Source: Octopus bimaculoides (lineage: Eukaryota). From it: 48,660 bases of DNA. The DNA is taken from positions 44,113,042 to 44,161,701 of the forward strand of contig NC_068994.1 of NCBI RefSeq assembly GCF_001194135.2, in the 5' to 3' direction. The notes below the pieces were generated by a model. That model searched no databases. It had not been told where the DNA came from and was given only the letters and a program-made list of their open reading frames with translations. Position numbers and translations under genes: made by a program. Shown here one piece after another: positions 1 through 11,842 of this stretch. Every line of letters starts with the position of its first letter. Positions within the stretch are counted from its first letter, which is position 1.

Positions 1-653
1 CCTGTACCTCTCCATACGGCAATCCAAAAATCCAAAAGCCTGAAAGTCTCATGGAAACAAAGTAAGCTCTTGTAAAACATTATATACAGAGAAAGAGAGA
101 GGGAGAGAGAGAGAGGAAGCTCTCTGTGTGAGTGTGTGTGTGTGTGTGTAGTTGAAGGAGAAATATGAAGGAACATAACCGAGACTGGTACTCAATAATC
201 GCCGTGAACTTTATAAGAACTTTATATTGCAAAGGAAATAATGAAAAAAAAAATCATCATTGCAATATTTATCTCAATATCAAAATTTATACTCCTTATT
301 TCATAACATATGATTATTACAGCAACAAAAATATAAAGTAAAGAAAGAAAACTCGTTTTGCATTGTATTTCATACGTAAGTTTTATGGCAAGAAAATTTA
401 ATCTTTATTTTTAAAATAATCCTATAAAAAAAATAATGCGTCTATCATTTAATATAGTTGAACGTAGTTGGTTACGAATAAACTACCGGCCGAGAAAGTC
501 CTCTCAGCATCAACACTAGTTAAATTTATTGTTAACAAACGGTTCGTACAAGTTTTCAATAATTTCACTTATAGTCAATGTATTTTCAAAGTTGATAATG
601 ATATTTTAACTCTAAATTTAGCTTTTAAATTTCCTTTGACATTCATATATTAG

Positions 654-1670
654 CGTTTTGTTCAGAGGGCGTTGACGGGTGCAATCGTCAACAACAATTG
701 GTGGTTTGCTCTAAAAAGGGCATTAAGAGTAGAATCGATTAGGTTTGGTAAGACTTTAGTGGTAGAGAGAAATAGAATAGAGGGAGATTTAGTCAGAAAG
801 TTAAATGAGGCACTTAGGACAGGCATCGCAACCGACGTGTTGGCAGTGAGGTTGGCCCTCGACCAAGTGCGACGACGTTCTCGAGGAAACTCTGGGCGTC
901 GACGAAGATCAACTGACCGGCCTGTTTCGGAGAACTTGCGGGCCTTGGCCTACGGATAACTTCCAGAAATCCCTTGCCTGGCAGTGCTACCGAGGGGCGC
1001 TGCCCGTTCGGGATAAACTTTACAGGCACGGAAGAGCTGTCAGCCAGGCCTGCCCAAGGTGCGCACAGAGCGATGAAACCGTTCTACATGCTCTCGTCCA
1101 CTGCCCAGGCATTGCTGACCTGTGGGTTTATGTCGAACACCTGCTGTCACGTGTAGGACGTACCTGGCTATCAGCTGAATCTATGATGAAGATTGCTCCG
1201 CCGTCCTCCTTTGGCCGGGAGAGGCAGACGATTTTCATCTTCTCGTGTTTGTAGCGAAAGGACTAAAGTCAGACACTTTCCTTTTTGGCCAAGCCATCAT
1301 TAACTTCTTCACTTGAAGAAGAAAGTGAGAGGGGAGAGGGATGTGTTGCCTTCTAGCAAGTTCTTCGAAAGGTGGATGAATGTTAGAAGAATGGCTATTG
1401 TGAAAGGACCAATTCTGAGCATATACCTATGAAAAATTAAAGGAGAAGGGCTATTGCCCTGTTAATCAGGCACCCGTGGTTTTTATGGGTTTTCCCACGA
1501 GGAACCTTAAAGCGCCTCCCCCTATTGGGAGATTCATGTTGTTTAATTATTATTGTCTTTATAATGTTTACTCGATTTGAAAACCCATTGTATTGTCTTG
1601 TGCTGTCGTTTATGCTTGTGTCATGTAATTTTATATATCTTTATATTAACCCTTGTGGCCAAAAAGAATG
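654..1670 (+). mobile_element. Decayed, internally deleted Tx1/L1-clade non-LTR retrotransposon (ORF2 post-endonuclease linker fused to C-terminal zf-RVT region, plus 3' UTR)
   Basis: A frame not fully shown in the ORF track reads KCDDVLEETLGVDEDQLTGLFRRTCGPWPTDNFQKSLAWQCYRGALPVRDKLYRHGRAVSQACPRCAQSDETVLHALVHC, with a C-x2-C-x8-H-x4-C motif at 1051-1104. It is clearly paralogous to 11043-11420. It carries stops and frameshifts downstream. Confidence 0.85.
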
Positions 1671-3099
1671 AATTATTATTATTACTTTTATTATTATTTG
1701 GCAATACTATCCATCTTATATAAGGGAAATTTGTATACTTTTTCTCACAAATCTCTTTTCTCGTGTCAATTCCGGGAATTCCCAACTCCTGAAATTATCT
1801 CCCCCTTCATGCAACTGCTACTCGTTGTTCGTTTACCTTTCTCTCAAAATGAAGATAATTTCAATAAAACAAAAATTTATATTGTGTAATATGGTTCTTT
1901 TGGTTTTCTTGTCTTATTTCATGTCACTGGTCACTCTGAAGTATTTCTCTTAGCTCATTTTTGATTACACTGACACAGACACACGCCAAACATATTTCAT
2001 ATGTGCATGCATTCAAACAAATATAGATATATACAGACGGACGGACGGATAGACAGACACAGATAAAGGAGACTGCAGGCATTACAACAAACGGTATTAA
2101 TGTATTCAACGAACCTAAAGTCGACTATTATATATATACGTATGTTTACACACACATATAAATATATTCGCAGTTCGATATAAAGTATGAAATGTGTGAA
2201 GTCTCATAATATTTATAGCCTTCATGCTTGGGTTTAATAACTTTGATATATGTAACCAATGTAGCAAGAGATAAAAAGCGTTTTAAACCTTTTACTGTCA
2301 GATTATTAATTGGAATAGAGAAACGTGAACTTCCAGAATTATTAAAACTATATTGATAGCAGCTTTCGTATTATATTTTTAATTATTTGTTCGGTTAAAG
2401 TTATACGTAGCTTTATAATAATATGAAATCTAAGTGATGATTCAGAAACTGGGTTCAACTCGCCAGCTATCAATTATTGACGGCTTTCCATTGTAGAATG
2501 ACTTTCATATCTTCAATCGATCAACATTGATTCGAAGTACAACGAATGCAAATTAGTTTTGTGGTAGTTTGTAAAACCATAGTGATAATACAAAATTTGT
2601 TGAGGAAAATAACAATACAATTTAAAGAAATTTCATCACTAATTCCGTTTGCTTCCATTAAAAATGGCTGTTTGAATTGTTAAAACTTAAACTTGATCTT
2701 TGAAGATATATTATGTTCGTAAAGCTACACACATATTCAAGCAAAACGCACGGATATTTTCATGTGTATACATCAGAACATATAAACGCTCTCATCGATA
2801 CTGGAACCCATCTTAATTCAGCATATGCACGTAAAGTTCAATATGTATATTTTATAGATCACTGAGGTTTACGATATATGCATATAGAGAGAAGTATAGA
2901 TAGACATTGCAGTGACTGACAATGCTGCTTAAATATGCAAGTAGCTACACATTTAGATATATGTATGAGAATGCAGATATATGCAAATCAGATCATCTAC
3001 CTTTTTATCTTTAAAGATTGCTATTCAAGAAAATATTTTATTGCCTTCCCTTTTCTTTTGCTAAACATATATGTAAATATTAAAATTCTTCACATATTT

Positions 3100-3505
3100 T
3101 TTTTTTCTTTTACTTCTTTCCTTCTCTTCTTTCTTCTTTGTCCCGTTTTGCTTTCCTCCATTGTCTTCCCATTTAGTTTCATATTCTATTCATCTTCTCT
3201 CTGTTACCATTTCTCTCTCACTCCTTTTCTCTCTCTCTCTCTCTCTGCCTATCCCCCCTCTCCTGCACTCTCTCTTTCTCTCACACACACATACATACTC
3301 ACTATTTGCCTCTATCTTTATCGTTTTTCACTTTCCTTCAGTTTTAACTTTATTCCTTTTTCCTATGCATCATCCTACATCGCTTAATATATATATATAT
3401 ATATATATATATACGCACATAATATACATATATGTATGTACGTATGTATGTACTGATATATACTAACTCGTATATATATATGTGTGTACACTTACATACA
3501 CATAC
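3100..3505. repeat. CT-rich low-complexity tract followed by (TA)n/(TATG)n microsatellites
   Basis: Directly visible: (CT)n at 3225-3247 and (TA)n at 3388-3412. Confidence 0.9.
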
Positions 3506-4036
3506 ACGTACATTATTCCTTTTCATTGTCATTTCCCTTCCTTTGCTCATCTTATATGCATGCAACTTTATCTTTTATTCTTCTTCCTTACTATCCCGAT
3601 TTTTTAACATTTCTTTTACCCGCCACACTTATACACTTTGATTTTTCACCCTTTTGTGAGGAATAAATGAGTTGAAATCTCGGCCTGGTGACGTTGTCTT
3701 GGATACATTCTATCAGTAGAAATGGAGGATTTCAGTTCTTATCTCTGAAACTGTATCACTTAAGTTTAATGACTAAACTAATGCATAAAACGCTAGCCAT
3801 TCGCTCAGTTACATTGATTAAGAGCAAGAGAAAGGGATGCTGGAGGTGAGTGCACGATCTCAATCCTGAATATACTAAACAGCTTCCACAAAATTCTAGT
3901 CATTGCTTTGCTGCTTTAATAAAACCTCCGTATCAGCTGAAATATAAAGCCAGGGAAACAACTGTCTCTTCTTTTTTTTTTTTGCTGTTTCTTTCCGATT
4001 TTACTCTATCATCACAGACGATTTGATATGCATATT

Positions 4037-4175
4037 CATACACACACACACACACATACACACACACAGTTATAAAATCTCAAGTAGAGATAGAGTAGTA
4101 ACGTATACTCTACTGTATACACATATTTCGAATACGGCACATACACGAATATATATATACACATACATACATACA

Positions 4176-4208
<33 letters not shown>

Positions 4209-4228
4209 GCACTCACACACATATATAT

Positions 4229-4266
<38 letters not shown>

Positions 4267-4304
4267 CGCGCGCGCGCGCAGAATTATGTATGTATGTATG
4301 TATA
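4037..4304. repeat. Compound microsatellite (CA)n, (TACA)n, (CG)n, (TATG)n
   Basis: Directly visible. Confidence 0.95.
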
Positions 4305-4503
4305 TATGTTGGTGCATAATTATTGCGGCTTTTTTTTTTTTCAATAAATTTTATTCAGCAAAAACAATACCATTTAACAAAAACATCTTTAAATGATTAT
4401 TCCGGAGCATATTCACCATCTACTTCAATTTCTGCCTGGCGTTTTGTTAAAATTTTTCGTTGAATAAAATGTTTTGAAAAAAAAAAACCCGCAGAAATTA
4501 TAC
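4305..4503 (-). mobile_element. Mariner-derived MITE (right end lost in assembly gap)
   Basis: The left end tatgttggtgcataattattgcggc resembles mariner TIRs of the TTAGGTTGGTGCAAAAGTAATTGCGG type. There is an imperfect inverted repeat of about 50 bp between 4313-4367 and 4452-4503. The minus strand retains a transposase-like C-terminus, KILTKRQAEIEVDGEYAPE*. Confidence 0.7.
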
Positions 4504-5132
4504 NNNNNNNNNNNNNNNNNNNNNNNNNNNNNNNNNNNNNNNNNNNNNNNNNNNNNNNNNNNNNNNNNNNNNNNNNNNNNNNNNNNNNNNNNNNNNNNNN
4601 NNNNNNNNNNNNNNNNNNNNNNNNNNNNNNNNNNNNNNNNNNNNNNNNNNNNNNNNNNNNNNNNNNNNNNNNNNNNNNNNNNNNNNNNNNNNNNNNNNNN
4701 NNNNNNNNNNNNNNNNNNNNNNNNNNNNNNNNNNNNNNNNNNNNNNNNNNNNNNNNNNNNNNNNNNNNNNNNNNNNNNNNNNNNNNNNNNNNNNNNNNNN
4801 NNNNNNNNNNNNNNNNNNNNNNNNNNNNNNNNNNNNNNNNNNNNNNNNNNNNNNNNNNNNNNNNNNNNNNNNNNNNNNNNNNNNNNNNNNNNNNNNNNNN
4901 NNNNNNNNNNNNNNNNNNNNNNNNNNNNNNNNNNNNNNNNNNNNNNNNNNNNNNNNNNNNNNNNNNNNNNNNNNNNNNNNNNNNNNNNNNNNNNNNNNNN
5001 NNNNNNNNNNNNNNNNNNNNNNNNNNNNNNNNNNNNNNNNNNNNNNNNNNNNNNNNNNNNNNNNNNNNNNNNNNNNNNNNNNNNNNNNNNNNNNNNNNNN
5101 NNNNNNNNNNNNNNNNNNNNNNNNNNNNNNNN
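4504..5132. other. Largest assembly gap. Other gaps: 12432-12481, 19483-19492, 20910-20948, 24515-24571, 25934-26036, 29490-29557, 38421-38698, 46212-46221.
   Basis: Runs of N. Confidence 1.
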
Positions 5133-5133
5133 A

Positions 5134-5910
5134 GTTTCACCTGTTAAAATTTACATAAGTAAATATCTGCAGGATCGTCAGCGCAGTCCGTCGATTCGCA
5201 ATATAATTTCCAGAACTAGACACAAGACGTCCACCCGAAAGGGAGCACGTGTAGAGTTCTACAATTTACATTCAGTGTATCATTTCAAATATCCTCAATC
5301 TGGCGCGCTAAGTCCGGAAATAATTCTGCAGTTAATAAATTTTTGCAGCTAATTTACCGGTTTGAGAACATTATTATATAAAATTTATTAATGAGGTTAG
5401 AAATTGATATTAATCAATTAAAAATCGTTTTTTTATTTAGTATTTTTTCATTTGTCTTGTCCTCTTGTGTCACTAAATTTTTACTGAGAACATTTTTTTT
5501 TCTCGTGGTTAGATGATTCGGCATCTATTTCTAGCATATAGGAGTCCACTTTTGCTGGTCATTCCTCTTATTTCTGTACGTAATATAATCTTAATCTTCG
5601 GATTTTTTTAATATGCTAGACCACTGGTTTTAATTGATTAATATCAATTTCTAACCTCATTAATAAATTTTATATAATAATGTTCTCAAACCGGTAAATT
5701 AGCTGCAAAAATTTATTAACTGCAGAATTATTTCCGGACTTAGCGCGCCAGATTGAGGACATTTGAAATGATACACTGAATGTAGAACTCTACACGTGCT
5801 CCCTTTCGGGTGGACGTCTTGTGTCTAGTTCTGGAAATTATATTGCGAATCGACGGACTGCGCTGACGATCCTGCAGATATTTACTTATGGAAATTTTAA
5901 TTTGTGAAAC
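5134..5910. repeat. Long near-perfect inverted repeat: arms 5134-5423 and 5628-5910, 204-bp spacer
   Basis: Arm 2 is the reverse complement of arm 1 apart from one 7-bp indel (aatttac) and a few substitutions. Confidence 0.95.
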
Positions 5911-6093
5911 CATGGTACGTAGGTTAATCGTTTTTTTATTTAGTATTTTTTCACTTGTCTTGCCTTTTTACAGTCTCTTGTGTCGCTAAAGTTTTACTGA
6001 GAACATATATTTTTTTCTCGTGGTTAGATGATTCGGCATCTATTTCTAGCATATAGGAGTCCACTTTTACTGGTCATTCCTCTTATTTTTGTA
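5423..6093 (+). repeat. Direct repeat of about 155-168 bp (5423-5578 and 5926-6093) interleaved with the inverted repeat
   Basis: Both copies read aatcgttttttatttagtattttttca...ggttagatgattcggcatctatttctagcatataggagtccactttt...attcctcttattt, with small indels. Confidence 0.9.
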
Positions 6094-6096
6094 TGT

Positions 6097-6145
<49 letters not shown>

Positions 6146-6644
6146 TATGTACATATATGTATGTATATATGCATATGCTCACATATCATTTGTATATATA
6201 TATATATATATATATATATGACTCATGGCTCAGTGTCAAGCCAATCGCACGAAAGCTTCTGATATGATAAAAATAATCCTTTTAATCTACTACATACAAT
6301 AATCACAAACTTTATATATTTCTTATATACATGTGCATTGAACATTTCATCTTCAAATTCGGTAGAATTTGTCACAAGGAGTTTGTTTACCTTTCTCTCG
6401 AGTAGAAGATGATTTTAATAAATCAAGAATTTATATTTTTAAGGCATTTATAGGCCATTATTCGTCTTTGTTTTCTAGCTTAGAGCCACTGGTCATTCTG
6501 AATTATTTGCTTTAGCTCTCTTTTTTTATCATTTATATATACGTACTTACACGCACACACACGCATACATACAGACAGACATACTAACATACACATACAT
6601 ACATACATATATACATACATACAAACACACACACACACACACAC

Positions 6645-6808
6645 TCAACGGTGCTCCACGTAGTTTTCGTCTACTAAATTCACTTACAAGTCATCAGTCG
6701 GCTCGGGTCTATAATAGAAGACACTTGTCCAAGGTGCCAAGAAGTGGGACTGAACCCGACCGAAACCACATGGCTGCAAAGCCAGCTTATTAACGACACG
6801 GCCATGCA
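6645..6808 (-). mobile_element. SINE family B, 5' head only
   Basis: Reverse complement of the head seen at 27073 and 27761 (gacacttgtccaaggtgcc...gggactgaacc). It abuts a (CA)n/(TACA)n tract. Confidence 0.7.
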
Positions 6809-7620
6809 TGCACCTTCTGTTCTTGTTATGAATATTGGCGGGCAAAACCAACGGCAATACAAAATGGAAGATGAAAATACTTGTAAGCTGTTACTAAAAG
6901 ATAAAACTATAGATGACTATTATGAAAAGCGAAGTGGAGAAGTGCCAACAGACGACCAGTTATTATAATTGTAATTGTTCGAAGCAAGAACAGAGACCAG
7001 TTACTGCTCTAAGACATGAAGAGGATTTAAAAGATTGGTTAATGTTCGTTCAATAATTAATGAGAGTTTTGAAATACTGTCTTTGCTGCTACTGCTGCCG
7101 AATATGGTTTTCTTTGAAGTACTTACATGAAAAACAGGCGTGCATTTCTTGGTTGAAAGTTCTGCACAGATCAGCATTATAATATTCCCTTTTATACACA
7201 AACCACGTGTTTCTGTGTAAGCTGCCTAGTCTTCAGAATTTTGCGAAATTTGAAGAAATGAAAAGAAACCACTTTATTTCAATTTTTATTTTTCATTTTA
7301 TCCTATTTTATTTTACTTTATCTTTTTAATTTAAAAATTGCAACTTATAATTAATTCCTTCCAGTTTAGAATTATTCCTTTTAAAGTTGCCGAATATAAC
7401 AGCAAGTGAACACATATGAGCGGCGAGGGGAGGAGGTAAAGTAACAGCTTAGTAACTCCTCCTTTCTTTTGTATTGAAGTATTTATTCTTTTATTCTCTC
7501 TCTCTTTCATTCTCTCTCTCTTTCATTCTCTCTCTCTCCATTCCTCTCTCTCTCTTTCTCTCCTCCTACTTTTGCTGTTGTTGCTACTATTACAATTGCA
7601 ATTATTACTAAGGCGGGGAA

Positions 7621-7790
7621 AGGCGGTGAGCTGGCAGAATTGTTAGCACGCCGAACAAAATGCTTAGCGGCGTTTAGTCCGCCTTTAAGTTCTGGATTCA
7701 AATTCCACAGAGATTGACCTTGGTTTCAATCACTACGAGGTCGATAAAAAAAAAGTACCATCTGTGCACTGGGTTCGATGTACAAAGGAT
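7621..7790 (+). mobile_element. tRNA-headed SINE family A
   Basis: ggcggtgagctggcagaattgttagcacgccgaacaaaatgcttagcggc...ggattcaaattcc...gtcgataaaa...aagtacca...gcactgggttcgatgta. Matches the copies at 10081, 11843 and 26827. Confidence 0.8.
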
Positions 7791-7809
7791 TTCAGGATTA
7801 TTACAAATG

Positions 7810-7955
7810 CTGTGAGATGGTAGAATCACTAGTGCGCCAGACAAAATGCTTAGTGGGTATTTTTTTTTTTTCTGGGTTTACAATCTGAGTTCAAATATCG
7901 CCGGCGTCAATTTCGCCTTTCATCCTTTGGAGGTTCGTAAAATAAACACCCCTTG
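7810..7955 (+). mobile_element. SINE family A, degenerate copy
   Basis: gctgtgagatggtagaatcactagtgcgccagacaaaatgcttag...ctgagttcaaat...cctttcatccttt. Confidence 0.7.
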
Positions 7956-8229
7956 AATACTGAATATCCGTTACTTTAATGATTTCATTAAGGAATTCAT
8001 ATTTAACCACAGGACTAGAATTCTAAAGTGGTGGAAACTGACACCACGTAGTAGCGTTTCATGCTTCTTTCAAAATCAGTGACAATATAGATAATGTGAA
8101 TAAGACCGTGAGCTGGCAGAAGCATTAACACGCTCAGCTCCTAACTCGGACCTTAGTCTCTTTTGACAAGTACAAAGTTTTAGGGGGAGGGGAAGTGGTT
8201 GTTATAATGTTCATGCCTTGTGTGTGTGT

Positions 8230-8440
8230 GCATTCTTTTAGTTTTTTACTTGTTTCAGTCATTTGATTGCAGCCATGCTGGAGCATCGCTCTTAGTCGAG
8301 CTAATCGACCCCGGGACTTATTCTTTGCAAGCCTAGTACTTATTCCATCGGTCACTTTTGCCGAACCGTTAAGTTAGGAGGACGTAAGCATACCAACATC
8401 GGTGGTCGAGCGATGGTGAGGATGACAAACACAAACACAC
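8230..8440 (-). mobile_element. SINE family B, 3' half
   Basis: cttgtttcagtcatttgattgcagccatgctggagc...agtacttattccatcggtcacttttgccgaaccgttaagt is the reverse complement of the tail at 27300-27490. Confidence 0.8.
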
Positions 8441-8844
8441 AAATATGTGTGTGTGTGTGTGTGTGCGTGCGTGCGTGTGTGTGTGTGGTCGGAACTGAAA
8501 AATTCAATGACACACAAGGACCAGTGATTTCATCCAATGATTTCATCCAATGATTTCATCTTCGGACTAACCAAGTAAATTTTCAAGCTATAAATTTGCG
8601 GTCGTTATGCACCTTTAGACCACGATGGATTATTTCAGATCCTGGTCTTATTGTTGTTTTGTGTGTGTGTGTGGTGGTGGGGGGGGGGTTCTTTTCCGAA
8701 AGAGATTCGTTTAATTACAAAAACTCTCTCCCGCCTACCATCTCCATCTAACACCGTGTGGTTTCTATTTGTTTTTGCACATTTTTACTAGTTCCCCAAA
8801 ATGATTGGCTATAACCTAACCCCGGTAAAAGGTTTTTGTGCTTT

Positions 8845-8876
<32 letters not shown>

Positions 8877-9523
8877 AGTCTCCCTCTCTCTCTTTATCTA
8901 GCTCTCTGAAAAGCCCCAACACACGCATACTGTGCTATCATTCCGAGTGTTCACAATAAACAATATATTCGGTCGTTTCTTGGCACAAATATCATTTCCC
9001 AACGCCAATGTTTCGCTTATCGGTTAAAACCCATTTCGCTTCCTTTTTGGTGTTAATGTCATTGTGAAAGACAAAAATGTTCCAATTTCCCATTTCTTTT
9101 CTCATAAAAATCTTGGAAATTCTTTTTTTATCTTCTTCTTCGTCGTCGTCGTCTTCTTATCTATTAATAAACCTTATCTACCTCTCTCTCTCTCTCATTC
9201 ATATTGCTCTAAACCAATATTATAAATTTAATCCATTTTAACTGGCATATCAGAGAAATCTCGCCAACAAGACAAGTTATCGTTTGTGCCTATAACCACT
9301 TATTTTGTTTCAGTGAACACATTGCTAAGAAAGGAATATCATGTGATTAAAAAAAAATAAATAAAAAGAACATGAAGAAAAAAAGAATCAATGCCAGAAA
9401 TATTACAATCTTTAGTTGCTAATATGCTTCTTGAAAAATATCAACACAGGCAGCGTCGAATAGATAGAAGCGTTTTCTACGCGAAGAAATGATAAGCATA
9501 GTCAAAACGTAACTTGAAATAAT

Positions 9524-9670
9524 TGGCGGTGGTTTGGCAGACTTGGTGGAGTGACGGACAAAACATCTCGCGCTATTTAGTTGTTGTACCTTTATGTTCC
9601 GAGTTCAAATCGACTTTGCGTTTCATTTTTTCCGGAGTCAATACATTAAGCTTCAGTTAAATTATGGTGT
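9524..9670 (+). mobile_element. SINE family A, old degenerate copy
   Basis: ggcggtggtttggcaga...gttccgagttcaaatcgactttgcgtttcat. Confidence 0.55.
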
Positions 9671-9975
9671 GTGTGTGCATGCTGGTGGTGGGGTAGATGG
9701 CCTGATCTAATTCGCTATATTCTTCCTCAACATTTGAGACCTAGTGTCTTTGTAGGCAATTGATAATTGTTTATGCAATATACCATGCAGAAAATTAACA
9801 AACACCATATTAGAAAACTAAATATTTTCTTAAATGAAAACTGACTCTAATTCAAACTTGTTTGGTGAGTGTGTCTGTTTGTACAATACATATGTGTGTG
9901 TATACAGAGAGAGATTTATGTCTCTATATACATGCATATACGTATATCTGTACATGTATAGCCATACATACATAG

Positions 9976-10009
<34 letters not shown>

Positions 10010-10080
10010 AGAGAGCGATACATACATACATAATGTATGTACACACACATTAACGACATTCAAATATTATCTCAGTCGTT

Positions 10081-10296
10081 AAGGCGGCGAGCTGGCAGAA
10101 TCGTTAGCACTCCGGGCAAAATGCTTAGCGGCATTTACGTTCGCTTTTACGTTCAGGGTTCAAATTCCGCCAAGATCGATTTTGCCTTTCATCCTTTCGA
10201 GGTCTATAAAACAAGTAGCAGTCGAGCACTTGGGTCGATGTAATCTACTTATCCCCATTCCTGAAATTGCTGACTTTATGCCAACATTTGAAACCA
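10081..10296 (+). mobile_element. SINE family A, near full length
   Basis: ggcggcgagctggcagaatcgttagcactccgggcaaaatgcttagcggc, B-box-like gggttcaaattcc, and ...gggtcgatgtaatc...tttatgccaacatttgaaacca. Confidence 0.85.
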
Positions 10297-10965
10297 TAGA
10301 ATATAGAAGATTTCTCAGCAGGAACGCTACTTATAGAACCATTTTAGTTGAGGACAAGACAGTTTTGATGGAAGCCAGTTCAACATGTTTAACAGTTCAA
10401 CTCGCTTTAATGTAGACTGGATTCTAATTGATGTAATAGGAATATAGTATGTGGTGTTATGAACTGTGATGAGCTGTGTGTTGTTTGTGGAGAGAGATGA
10501 GGCAAACGGAAGTGAAGCCAGACCGGAAGGGCCAAACGGGAAGTCGGACACACGCGTCGAAGGCCAGCACGTGGGGCAGTCAGAAGACAGACAGCTTACG
10601 AGGAAGACGTGCTTTGCTTTAGAGCGATTGTTTACTCCACCGCGGTTATCGAGGTAAGGTCCAACGTTTCATTCTGTCCTTTTGCTTCTTGTTGTCTTTT
10701 CCCTCCATCACACCACATAGTATAATTTCTACAACGAGATATTCTTTTCGTCTTGCCTACACCATTCACCATAAAAAGAATATGGCATCTTATAATTTTT
10801 GTTAGGACTAGTGATTATGTACTTTTGAATTATTCTTTAACCTTCAACTATTATTAAAATCTTAAAATGTCGACTGTTAAAGAGTCGTACACTTGAATGA
10901 CAATAATCTTTTCTGCTAGAGGCACAAAGCCTGAAATTTTGTGGGAGGGAACCAATCAATTCTTT

Positions 10966-11842
10966 CGCTCGGTCAATGCCTGTGGTAGTGGTTCCACCGC
11001 TGTTTTTCTAGAGGGTTTGTAGAGGCGGAATGCGATGATACATTGGGGGAGACCCTAAGTTTTGACGATAATCAGCTGGCCGGTCCGTTCCAACGTACGT
11101 TCGGGCCGAAGACCCTGGATAATTTTCAGAAGTCTTTCGCATGGCAGTGTTACCGCAGAGCCTTACCTGTCTGGGATAAACTCTCAAGGCACGGTGACCG
11201 AGACACTCCTATCTGTCCAAGATGTGGGCGGAACAAGGAAACCGTCCCACACGCTATTTTTCAGTGCCCGGAAGTGTCTGATGTGTGGGTTTATGCCGAA
11301 CTGATGTCAGGTGGAGGAAGAGTACGGCTGTCGACTGAATCTATAGTGAAAATTAATCCACCGGATTTCTTAACGAAAGAAGGTAAGCATTGTCTTCTCT
11401 CTGTAGTAGCAGCTGCGTGAGGGATTATATGGAGGACGAGAAAAAAAGGTATAAGGTCAGGCACCTTCATCTCTGGCCCTAATCTGGTGAATTTTTTCAT
11501 CGTCCACCTGAAAAGGCAAATAGGGCTGGAGAGGAAATGTTTGGCTGAAGACGTGTTTGGAAAAAGATGAAAGAATGTCGCATGAATGTTGGGCATGAAA
11601 GGCTCCGCGTGAATGCGATATGGTTTAAAAACCCAGGTCAGTGGCAAGGCGTGGTTCGTGGGGTCCGTTATAATCCCGTCTCCACTTCATCTGTTGTGTC
11701 TAATTGTGTCCTATCATCATCCGTATTATATATGGTTTTAGAATTTTTAAAAGGAACCCAATCGCATTTCTTGTAAAATCATTCGATTTCATTGTGCTGT
11801 TCCTTCTATGTATGTCCTTATGGATAATAAAAAAATAAGAAA
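10966..11842 (+). mobile_element. 5'-truncated Tx1/L1-clade LINE (ORF2 C-terminal zf-RVT region, 3' UTR, A-rich tail)
   Basis: ORF 11043-11420 reads DNFQKSFAWQCYRRALPVWDKLSRHGDRDTPICPRCGRNKETVPHAIFQC (CCHC at 11214-11267). It continues past in-frame stops as GIIWRTRKKG and ends in taataaaaaaataagaaa. Confidence 0.88.

Noticed and set aside
4262-4280. (CG)n next to (CA)n, and (GC)n(GT)n at 19292-19324, as Z-DNA elements
   Set aside because: The potential is real, but such tracts are ubiquitous in this microsatellite-rich DNA and nothing indicates function.
2935-4319. Numerous 60-150 aa ORFs rich in YI/HT/CV/LS (also at 19223-19874, 21804-22623, 24335-24822, 45722-46459)
   Set aside because: These are translations of dinucleotide microsatellites and CT tracts.
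4397-5352. 247-aa and 292-aa ORFs
   Set aside because: They are open only because they run through N's.
7001-7260. Minus-strand ORF and CAT|GTAAGT donor near 7129 as possible protocadherin cytoplasmic exon
   Set aside because: The available acceptors give an early stop in phase 0, and I see no similarity to protocadherin tails.
8525-8560. Short tandem repeats (13-mer x2.8 here, 19-mer x2 at 31849-31886, ~33-mer x2 near 30075-30135) as CRISPR-like arrays
   Set aside because: There are no spacers and too few units in a eukaryotic context, so these are ordinary slippage duplications.
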